The notes beneath the pieces are model-generated. The model saw only the letters and a list, made by a program, of their open reading frames with translations. It had not been told where the DNA came from and made no database searches. From assembly GCA_050084985.1 (NCBI GenBank), contig JBITNC010000002.1, positions 1,798,001-1,862,000 on the forward strand: a stretch of DNA of 64,000 nucleotides. The letters are read 5' to 3'. Shown here piece after piece: positions 13,901 through 25,900 of the stretch (positions are counted from its first letter, which is position 1; each line of letters begins with the position of its first letter). This stretch comes from Nageia nagi (taxonomy: Eukaryota; Plantae; Pinophyta). Position numbers and translations under genes: made by a program.

Positions 13901-16900
13901 GATAACCATCAATTTCTTATAATACTAGGAAATAAAATGTAAATGGCATAGTCTTATTATTTAAAACTTTCTACACCATTAATAAGAACTTTATAGAATA
14001 TTCAACATACTACACCAATAGATTCTATTTTTTGTCAAAAGAATGAACGTACTTAAATAAATCAATATATTAGTTTAAACTAGGACAAAAGATTACATTG
14101 TTCATAATTAAGTACGCCCAGCATTTTTGAGCAAAATCAAAAATGTAACATGGCCACTTAAAACATTTGAACATTCTAAATTTTCCAAACGACAATCAGG
14201 GTAGCCCATAACCCTGATGAGTAGTATTTATGGTCTTCTTAATTATAAGTTGTTCTAAGGATAACTCTAAGAAAAAAAAAAAGGGTATACTTAATACTTG
14301 AATAAGTTCTAAAAATTCAAGCCTGTACATGAGTGCAAATTTTGATGAAAAACGCTCAGTAATATCAATAATTAAGCTTTATTTAATTGATAACATAATT
14401 AAATCTAAATAAAAGAACTGGAAAAACACCTAAGCTATGCCCACGCAAAGTATTCTCTGTCACTTGTAAATCATGTACATTATACTAATTGTTCCAACCA
14501 TATTTTCTACAAAGGAAAAAATATAAGATAATACTATTATTCTACCCAATCCACGCCACAAGTGTTTGATTCATACCTTTCCGACCAACTTTGTACGTTT
14601 CTTGTGATGTAAAATAGTGTCTCGATAAACCTGTGATAAGAAATGCATGTTAATCTTCTCAGGAATTAACTTTGCATCCCAAATACAAATTATAATGCCT
14701 AATTATCTTTGCTAATATTTGTATTTACTATTTTCAATACTCAATATTACAAAAACACTGTAAGGAAAAAATACAAAATAGTAGATATGCAGTAGTATAG
14801 ACTACAATAATACATTGAAATATTTGGTGCCCTGACATGTACCTTGTTTTGTCCTGGCCCATTTTTGGGCACCTTCTGAGAAAATCTTATTGTCCACTTT
14901 AGACAGGCATATATGTTGAGCAGATATTTTGATGTTAGCTTGTGGATATGCGATTTTGTATGATATGCATACCTTTCTATAACTTTCTAGGAGACAGTAC
15001 TCAATGAACCATAGAAGTATGTTGTTTTCACCAAATGTGTATCTATGATTTCTAAAGACTTATGAACAGGTAAGGAATAAGTGAATTATGTTTCCTTGTA
15101 GATGGTTATGTTTGAGGAAACTAATGTCTTGTGTTGCCAAGAAAGGGAGGACCCCAACTTCAGTACCCAAAGGATGACGGCATCTTGTTGTGAAGAAGGA
15201 ACAACTTTTATAAGATAAAACAATTTATTCAAAATTGTAAAAGCAAATGTATATGTATGTAGATGTTGTGCTAACTCGAAATGATGGAGTATCTTAAAAG
15301 TTAAAAGAAATACTAGCAACACCTAAGTTATGCAAGCAAAGGAATATTAGAGGAGGTGGTTATTATTTTATTATGCTGACTGATATGAATGCTGTGAAAG
15401 GAAAAATGGCAAACATATTATGCCGAAGGCGTACCATGAAAACATTTAATATAAAAACTCAAAACTATGAAAACGAAATAGAATAAATACAAGACAGATT
15501 TGCATACATAAGTGCATCTTGTTATATGCAGTGTAAATGTAGTTTTCCATGGAATTTTTTCGTCACTTGCTTGGAATGAAGTAAAAGGTTAGTGACAGCC
15601 CAGAAGACTCGCAGACAATATAAGCCATTTTTTAATTTGTGGAGAATTGTTGACCTAAGTTCTTCATGGGTGAGTTTGGGTAACGCCCTTTTCACTCCTA
15701 GACTCTACTATAGTAATGCTTTTGAGTCTTGAAATCTGTTAGTAGAGACCTAGACGTTTTTTTGGATAGGCAACCTTACATACTGGCTATCAAACGATAT
15801 ATTTTATGTCAGTAGAATGAATGTTTTGCTGTGGAAAAAATGCCCAGGTCAATTTAAATTGATAAGTAAATTTAAATAAAGCATGTCACTATGCATAAGA
15901 ATCATCCACCTTAGGACTCAGCGAAAATGATTAGGAAGATGGCATACGATTTTTTCTTCTACAATGGATTCTTTACGCTGAAGCTTGAATTAGGTTTCGT
16001 ATTCTATTTGACAAAATGAAACCTTTAAATTTATGCATATGAAGCGTTTTGAGTAAACTTAGAATGCAGATTTAAAACTTGAAACAATATCAAAGTCTCT
16101 TTAAGAATTAGATCAAAGGATATTAGTTTGCTTTGTCCAGTGTTTGATGAAATGAAAGTTTTGCACTTTGGCAACTTCACTTATTATTTGTTATGAAAGT
16201 CAATAGAGTTGTATTTGAAATGTAGGCACCGTAGGTGCATTGATAGGAGTCCTTCAGTGGTTTTTAGGATCGTGGAAAACTACTTAAATGATTCCTTCAT
16301 TGGATTAATTCTTGAATAAATAGTTTTGGATTGCAATACCCTTCATCTCTCTAATGGTAGAGAGTGGAATTTGTCTCGTACTATTTCAGAGTTGTAGCAC
16401 CATATCATAAACTTAATAATTACCCTTATATCCATAAAATAAAATTACTTGATGTACAACAGTCATGTGGTCTTTTAGGGAGTGTTTGTATTGAAGTAAT
16501 AAGCATTATACTCCCTATTAGTGGCTGATTATTGTAGCTTTCTATCTACCCTAACATATCATGAAGTTAATTTTCTTTCGCATTTAATGGGCTATAGGAA
16601 ACTCCTCTTATTGGGCATGTATTTGTACATTCACAAAAAATCGTAGTGAAGGTGAAGTAGAGCCCTATTCACCTTCCAAGAATGACTATGCAGTACCTTT
16701 CAGTTGCACATATAATGATGGAAATGTGCATTTTAATCACGGTCTTACACTTTATTAGCGCCAACTGGCCTACGAGCATCTAGGGAATAATGTTGAGTTT
16801 GTTGTGCATTTACAAACAATGACCAAATGACTGGAAGTAAGTACTAATTTATTTTACTCCATCATAACCTTATGAGCATTTTCAATTGGGTTTGTCTAAC

Positions 16901-19900
16901 ACTGAGATGAGCTGTCTTCAGAAACAAATGAAGTTAGAGCACTCTTTGTACCATATAATGCAAAATACTTCGACATTTTCTAGAATGAGTCAAGAGTACT
17001 TGTAATTGGAAGATATTTCAGACTTGTAATATATTAATCAAAACAGAAATTGATCTATGTTAAATTTGTGCTCAAGAATGTGTGAAACAAGTATTTTTTA
17101 TCAGCATGGAATCAAATAAGAATGTTATTTCTCTACAATAACTTCTAATTTCTTATTGCTATATATTGGAATACAGTGCATGGAAAACGTGTTGAATGGT
17201 ATCATTGTATGAAGATTAACTTGATTTCACATATTTCCACTGAAAAGCAAATGAGATTTGTTCAGCATAGAGCTAGTTAAATGCTAAGGGCTGATAACTA
17301 CACTTTACAAGCCAATCCTTTGTGTATGGATTGCAAAATTTCTAAAAAATGACTTTAGTTGCAAACGAGCTCAGCTGAAGTAAGATAAAATATGCTTTAG
17401 TCCCAGAACTGAATCCTTTCAATGTTGACTGATACCATATGAGATGAACAGATATATGGTTTTATACCAAAGGAATGTGTGCTTGCAGTATGACATGTTT
17501 TTGCTTGTGAATGTGATGTTTATATCTGTTTATATTTTTATAGAAAGTGAGCATTGAGATAAAGGCTTTCTATCCCTACTCAAGGTTGTTTGTTAATGTG
17601 ATATGAATAAAATTTAGGATTCTGTTGTTGGTAATTATAGAATGTCAAACAAGGGAAAAACATATTTATGGACACATTTAAATTTGCATTGGAGCCATTT
17701 AAAATGATGCTATTTAAGTGTTTTATTTGATGGGTTCACTTGAGAATTTGAGATTATTTTGAATAAACTTAAGTGATATTTTCTAATTTTGCATGATCCA
17801 AGTACATGCTAGCGTAGGTGAATAGATGAATTGAAAATTAGATTTCTCCCAACTATATAAAGTAAAAGCAAATGACTCATTTGGGTATCTTACAAATTCA
17901 CATTGAAGGTTGTATACTCTCATGCACTCAATACAGCCTTAATATTAATTTCTTCTACAAGACTGATCATCTTCTTCCAAGTATTTTCTTGAATCAAATT
18001 CATAGGTTTTGAAGTAGAATTTCACAAGGCAAACATCAAAATCCTTTGAAAGCCACTAGACATATATACTAGAGAACACTGCAAACCAAAAACCCATTAG
18101 GCCCAGAATGTGGGCATTTTAGTCCCTACAGCCCATAACATGGCCATTTTGGGAAGTTCATCCTAAAACAAAAGCAATTTGGTTGCAAAGCTTTATTGAC
18201 CCCGAACCACCTCAAAAGTCAAATCCAACCCAAAATAGCACATGTTCATCATCAATTTGCTCCAGAATGCAAGGATTTGTCATCCAAAATAACAAATGTC
18301 CACCAGCCTACCTTCAATCCATAAACTCCAAATAAGTCTTCTTTGTAAATCCTGTTTAGAATTCCACATGATCCTAATTGCTAGATCCTATATTACATAT
18401 TACTATAAATCTATTTTCATTTTGTAGGCAAAAACAAATTGTATATATTTTAATACAATGTTCTCTTTTTTATGTTTATAGTTTCTCTTATTTTAACATG
18501 AATAATTAGAGTACAGGAAACTAATGCCGTTATGTGATAATAGGGAAAGCGTAACTTGATTAGTATTTGAATGCATAAAAAGCTAAAATCGTAGAGAAAA
18601 GACTTTTTTGGGGGGCTTAAGACCTTTGGGGTGTTTGTAGAAACTTAGATTTGCACTTTAGGTTTTTTAAATGGTTTTAGGTCAATGTTTTATTCGATTT
18701 ATGCAAATGTCTTTTTGTACCCACTTTAGGTAAATCAAGGTTAACTTAAATGAATTTCTCTAAATTAGCATTGTCTTCTATGTAGATTGTTGTCAGTGGG
18801 TCCACTTAGGTGAATTCAATATCCAATTTGTGAATCATTTATAAGACATTCCAAGAGTTCATTTTTGAGGTGAGAAGGAAATCATACTGAGGAAATATCA
18901 CAATCAATCTTCAAGAATTATCATTGTCAAAGATCATCCAAGGACAAGCGCAATATCATCATGTCAATGATCATCCAAGAGGCCAAAGGGCCAAAAATGT
19001 AGGTCAAAACAAGAGTCCAAGCAAAAATGTCCAATGTTTCTTCATGCCTAAAACACTCAGTGTTCCAGCACCCAAGTCCATAATGCCCAACATTCTAGCC
19101 CTGAATGCCCAAAAAGCAAATGCTCTAGTCTCGAGCCTTGGCAACCCCCTACAATTGAACTAAGTTGTTCAAAACGATTTGCAAACTAGTTCTAGCATCA
19201 TCCAAGCAAAATCATCTTCAAAATCATCATCTCAAAAGTATCTTTAGAATGATCTCCAATATCATTATTTTTGTCATTTTGCACCTCCATCTCCGTGACC
19301 ACGATCTTTGTTTGCATCTCCACAACCATGGCCTTCGTCGGCATCTCATGTCAATGACTTGCATCCTAACCTTTGTCTAGATCTCTACATCTACGACATG
19401 CATCTCAACCTTCGTTTGCATCTTCGCGTTCACGACCTTTGTCTGCATCTCTGCATTCACAACCTCAATCTGCATCTCCACTACTACGACCTGCTTCCCT
19501 GCGACCTATCTCTACATCTTTGCAACCATGAACTTCATCTACATCTCCACGACCACAACTTGCATCCTCACGACCTATGTCTACATCCCCACAAATACGA
19601 TTTTCATCTTCACAACCTCCATCTACATCTCCACGACCACGATTTGCATCTCCTGTGACCTATCTATGCACTCTCTACATCTTTCGCAACCTTCATCTAC
19701 ATCTTTTGCAACTTTAATCTACATCTTTCGCGACCTTTGTCTACATCTCCACAACCTTTGCTTACATTCGTGTTTTTCCCCTCTCCAACACAACTACATG
19801 ATTGGATTCACAATGTTGTGCTAGGTTCGCATCCCATTCCTCATGAGATTTGTCGCTTCCACTTTGCATCCTTCCTACCCAGAGTAGCCAATCTTACAAA

Positions 19901-22900
19901 GGATTTGTTGAATCATCTAATTTGGTTGGATCTCCGTCCGATACATCAGAATCCTCCCATCTCTACTGGTATCCACCCCAACTGTAACTTTATGGTGACT
20001 TATGGTAACACTCTTGCAGTTTGATCCAAGATGATGACAGAATAGAGGATCGATCATCTTGCTTCATCCCATCCTCAATCTATCACAATAATTCAACCAA
20101 CATCATAGCAAATTCTAAACTGGGCTCCCCGCATGACATATCTCTCTCTTTAGATTCACCATTGCACTTTTGCGCAAGTGTTGGGAATAAGATGAAAATG
20201 TGTTACATCTCTAATGGTAAGCGCCTCCCAAAATTGGAAAAACTAAATTAGCTATTGTTGAACCAAGTGACCTCACTCCTATCAGCAAATTCATAACAAC
20301 AAACCCTCATATTGTCACTCCAAAAACAATTATCTGAACAAGACACCCACCTTAAAAGCTTGAACCTCTCTTTATTCACTACTAAGGTAGCTGCCCTTTC
20401 TATTGAGGTTGTTGCTCTTCGCTTGAACTTTTCCCCCTCATCTCCTACCAATTCCTTATAGGAAGAACTCTCCTCTCATTGGGAGGAGTTCTTGTCCAGC
20501 AAAGATTCACATGAGTTACTTTCTAAGCAACGGCAAATAAAGGGTTCATGGGTGGATCCAGTTCGACGAACTAGTTCTAAATTGCCTCCTCTTATTAAGA
20601 CTACAATCAATGAGAAATTTGATAAGGAACACCATAGGCAAAAAAAATCCCTTAATCTTCACATCCAAAGATTAACACCATAAGATAATCCATTGGATAC
20701 AATTCTAAGATTTATTCTTAACACATTGAGTTTTCTAGAAATCCCTATGGAGCGCGTTCGGGCCGCTAAGGACTCTTCACTGATTGTCCATTTACGCATA
20801 ATAGGGCATAAACTACCTAGCCTTAGAGTAAAAAAGATTCTCTTCTACCTTCCAAATCGCATCTTTATTGATAAGGATCTTACTCATGTACAATCCCAAG
20901 AGTTATCTTCGTCCAAAAAAGAAGTCACTTAGGCGAGGCGACTAGGTAAATGGGCTGTCATTTGAAATTATCAAGCTTGGATCAAAGATCCCCCCACAAG
21001 TAGGCATAGACCTTGGCCCCCAGCATCCTCTTGTTCAGGTTCCAAATGATGCCCAAGCCCCCTCAGCACTCTCAATACTCTTGATCACAGTTTCAAACTG
21101 TAATGGGATGATTTGGTCTTCTCCAGGATCAGTTCATGACATCATTCACCACATGGAGTTGGTACTTTTTACCAAGACACAAGAGATCTTCAGCAAAGGT
21201 CTCCCCTCCCTTTTCAAGTTTACTTGGATCTCCACATTCAGGACCACGGGTCATGCAGGATTCAATAGTCAAGGTTCAAGAGAAGTAGCTTTCTTAGTGA
21301 GTGACCTTTTCCTTCCTAGTCCTAGGATTCATGTGGAGGGTATTGACACCCATGCACAAACATCTGGATTTCTATTTGGAGAGTCCCATCACTTAGGAGA
21401 GTCTACATTGTCGATTGTTATTTCCCACCAACATCTTTGGGTTACATTATCTAGGATATAGGAGAGTCCCCATACCTCGACCTCTTCCCAAATATTACCA
21501 AATACTCCATTTAGGGTGAGATTATGCTCATGTGTGCTTTCAACAATCGAACACGAAATTTGCAGACTCAATATTTTGAGAATAGTTAGGATCCACTTCA
21601 TATCCAAGACTTGGGTTCAGCATTGCATGCTCTCCCCAGGTGAGGCTCAAAGATGATTGATGGTGTGTGCACTTTGTTATATCCATCACACCCTTTAGGG
21701 TTTTTATTCCCTCTATGTTTAGTTTGTTTTTCTTTATGCTATTTGTTATCTAGATCTAGGGCAAGCCCTTTAGGGGCTTTGTTGGTTATTACACTATTTT
21801 TGTATACTTTAGTCCCATTGATTGCTTTTGGTCACCTGTGAACATTAATACACTTTCTTTCTACAACCAAGGTTTACCCTAAAGATCATGTCTGCTAACA
21901 AGCTTTCGAACCTCTATCATCTAAATAAGTTCATTATATCTCTTCTTGTCAAAATCCTAATTGCTAAATCCTATACTACATATTGGCTATTAATTTATTT
22001 CCATTTCATAAATATTATAAATGTCCAGGTTTTAATACATAGTTCATTACTAATGCTTCTACATTTTCCTTAGGAGGACCTTAGAGGTGTTCGAGTTTCG
22101 GCCTACAATTACAAATGGAAGTTTGCACAACAAAACTTAAAGAGTTCTCCAAGTAACCTTATGCCACTTTGGATCAGAACTTAGAGAAGAGATGATTTAC
22201 GTTAATTCTCAAAAGATTTATTATTTCATTTTTCAAACTCCACTAGCTTTACTAAAGGGTTAGAATGTCGAAGAAATGATGTTGATTTCATGATATCGAA
22301 GATTGGACTAGTTGGAAGTATTACATCATATACATCAATCCCATGTAGGTCAATTATCGTTGTTATTTATTACAAGTATACTACATGAAGGGCAGTCATA
22401 CCCTATCAAAGAGGACCTTAGAGCTGTTCGGGTTTCGACCTAAGGATGTTCCTTGGATAGTTCAAAGTTTACCTCTATCAACTACGAATCGAGACAAATC
22501 CCATTGAGCACACAAGCTTCAAGTATGCCAATTATGCTCATTGAAGCCAAAGACTGAGGATCAATTCATATTCAAGTGCTCGGTTTACTATGAGATTCGA
22601 GGACAATACCATTGTCTTTTCCAAGACTCCCATAGCTCAATCTCGACCTTCTTTCAATTCCTGGACCAGCATTATGTGGCACTCTATCTCAAGGATGCGT
22701 TCCTTCTCAAGAAACATCTCCTAGCCGAAACCTAGCACCTGACAAGTGATTGTCTGATTACTTCTTTTTTTCGAGTCTCTTTGAAGGAGGGATCTAGTAG
22801 GAGGACGAGAGAGGACCTTATTCTGTTTGTCTGACGCACTAGACAACAAGTATGTGCTGACCCTATTCCTCTGTTGTCTCAACAAATCACATCCTTCTTT

Positions 22901-25900
22901 AGCTCTAGCAAAGTCGATTTACCCATAGTTGTCATAGACCAAGGAGAGCCCAAGCAAGTTGTCCAAAGGAGAGTCCTCCCCTCCAATTGTTCTTCACTAT
23001 TATGTTCCATAGTTTGACTATGTGTTCCTTTTTAGGGCTTAGCCCCTTTATTGTATTTCTACATTGTTTTTCTTAGATTGTTCTAGTGTGGGTTACCTAG
23101 AGCCCCACATGCTACTTTTTACATTTGTATTTCTAAGTCCCAATGACTGCTTTTGGTCACCTGCAAACATTAATATTTTTTCTTCCTTTCTTTCAACCTA
23201 ACAGACATAGATCTCAATTGAAGCAATCTAAAAACTAGCAAAAGCATAAATATTAAAAACATCTACATCCATTCATCAATGATAAGCGTATCCAACACTA
23301 TTAATTAGGAAAATGTCAAACAACTTTGAATTATATGAGAATGATAATACAACTTTGTTTACAAAATGGTAACTATAAAAAATCTGACATGGGACCTTTA
23401 TTGTAACATCCCTTTTGTACTATAGAAAAATAATGTAAGAGAGGCCAAAAGGCTCATCTTAATAACATCCCTTTTGTAGTTTATTTTGTACTTTTTTTGT
23501 ATAACTTGGAATAGGAATTAATTGGTCCATGGACCCCACTGTGAGCTCCTAGTGGGACGTACCACTCCCAAGTGTAGAATAGGATTAATTAAGTGTACTT
23601 GGAGATCCCAGACTTGATTGTGGGAATCCCAAGATCTTGTGGGAATCATAAGCTTCCACGCATGACTCCCAAACCCACATGGGCATGCGTGGCTCTTCTA
23701 GACCCTAGGCTAGCATTTATGGCACCCAAGAATCCCACGTTGGGCATCCCGAGCCCTCTGGAGGCTAACGTTGGGGCCTTAGAGCCTAGTGATGATTCCA
23801 AGGTGAGATCCAAAACCTGGTGAAGTGTATAAGAAGACTTGGAGGCTCATTTGTTGGACACACTTAATCATTATACCTTTACACTTCTACATCGTCCGAT
23901 GGACACAACCTTAGAGGAGCGCTAAGTGTATTCATTAGGTGAAGCACCTAAGAGGGTTGTCAAGCTAAGGGATCTTGGCAATCTACGACATTGGTGGAGC
24001 ACCTTGCCCATCTGATGGTATCCAAGGTGGTGTGTCTACCACTTGCATGGTTATCCAGATCTAAGGAGGGCCCCTTCGATGGGGAGGAGTCAGATTGTGA
24101 GGAGATGCTATTGTCCCACGTTCATCCAGCAACATCAGCAGAGTTCGTCCAGCCCAATTCAGCTCCCAGGAGGTTAACGTCAACCCTTTCGGCTTGGTTT
24201 CATATTGATACTCATTGTGCATCTTAATATAAGTCCTGGGCATTGGATCTCAACATTTGTGTGTTGTATTGTCATCTTGTGCATGCGTTGAGCTAGTATT
24301 GTTGTGAATTGTTATATTTGGCCATTCGTTGGAATTGTGTGGTGTATATGTGCTTGGAGGACCCATCGTTGCATTATTTAGTGGTATTGTGCTTGTGGAA
24401 GTCCAACGTTGGTATACTAGGGTTTGTGCTGTAAATTGTGGATGCCCTCGTTTGATAATTTGAAATTGAATTTACTGATATTTGCTTGAGATCTATTTTG
24501 GATCGTTACATTTATTCCCTTCTATATCTTTTAAAAAGCTTAACATACATCTAAACAATGCATGCTTGCATGGGGGAAAAGAAAAAACTATCATACATAT
24601 TAGTTGCAACACCAACCTTTGGTCTTTTGCTCGACAAATGGTGATTTCTGCACTATTAGCATTTTTTATCAATCCATATTCCTGGTAATGTTAGTCTTGC
24701 TTGAGTTTGTTTGCACTCTTCGCAACCTCTGTTCATCTTCTAGCAGCACCATCAATTTGAGTGAGCATGTTCATTTGTATCCACAAGTTCTAATCATGCA
24801 AGGTCAAGCTAGTGTAGATCTTATTTTTACCACATATTTTAGCATACTGACATCATTCTTCTTGATGAGAACTCTCGTGTTAAGACTTGCATGCAGTGGG
24901 CTTATCATTGTGTACCAATGTTGACTCCATCTACAGATTGTCCTACCCACATTAGCTTAATATCGGATATGATACCTTGGGTCTGGACTTGGCCTTTTCT
25001 ACAAGTTGGAGCTTGGAGGAAGCTTATGCAATTTCTGGCTTTTCTTAACACTTTTAACCTTTTGCCTGTTTGGATCAGAACTTAGAGAAGAGACGATTTA
25101 CGTTAATTCTCAAAAGATTTGTTATTTCATCTTTAGACTCCACTAGCTTTACTAAAGAGTTAGAATGTCGAAGAAATGATGTTGATTTCATGACATCGAT
25201 GTTTGGACTAGTTGGAAGTATTACATCATACACATCGGTCCCACGTAGGTCTATTATTGCTGTTATTTATTCCAAGTATACTCCATGAAGGGTAGTTATA
25301 CCAAAATAGGCTTATTATGATCATATTTGTACAGTTATCAGCATGTATAAATATCTTCAGTTTAACGAAATCAATATAGGATTTTTGCTTTCCCGAACTC
25401 TAGCTATATTTATGATGACATCATTCCTACCAATATTTTGGTCTTAAGGAAAGAGAGTATTACAGGGTCGGGACTTATTTAGGAAAGAAGTTCTGCAAAA
25501 AAATGAAAATGAAACTTCTAATCAAGAAAAAACTCTGCAAAACTAAACCCAGAACTTATTCCTTAGCTACAGTTACAAAGAATTGTTGTTACACATTTGC
25601 TCTTTGGTCTTGTAAGTTGTGCATGACAAAATGGATACAATGCAAAAAGGTGGCATCTTGTAAACAAAAACGTTCTACAAGAATCAATAGCCAAGAAGAA
25701 GATACAAAGGCAACATGCCACTACTAAAATTAATGTGCCAGCCTTACAAGATTATTTCCCATTTTGACCTTCCAAGGACAGTAATGCAAATTCAAAATCA
25801 AATAACCTTTTGACCTTCCAAGGAGGAGTGAAAGATTGTAGAAATGAAAAGAAAAACTTCAAGAGATGCAAGAAAAAACCTACAGGAGATGAATAGTAAA

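Noticed and set aside
14195-14240. Hammerhead ribozyme (hairpin followed by CTGATGA)
   Set aside because: No stem II/GAAA follows, and there is no NUH cleavage triplet in the right register.
22170-22402. C/D snoRNA on the minus strand (ends in CTGA-tcc)
   Set aside because: No convincing box C (RTGATGA) at the 5' end, too long, and no recognisable rRNA guide.
22411-22470. Minus-strand hammerhead half (ggtcGAAAC...ggtc) suggesting a Penelope/retrozyme repeat
   Set aside because: The CTGANGA core is absent, and no GIY-YIG or Penelope RT is visible nearby.
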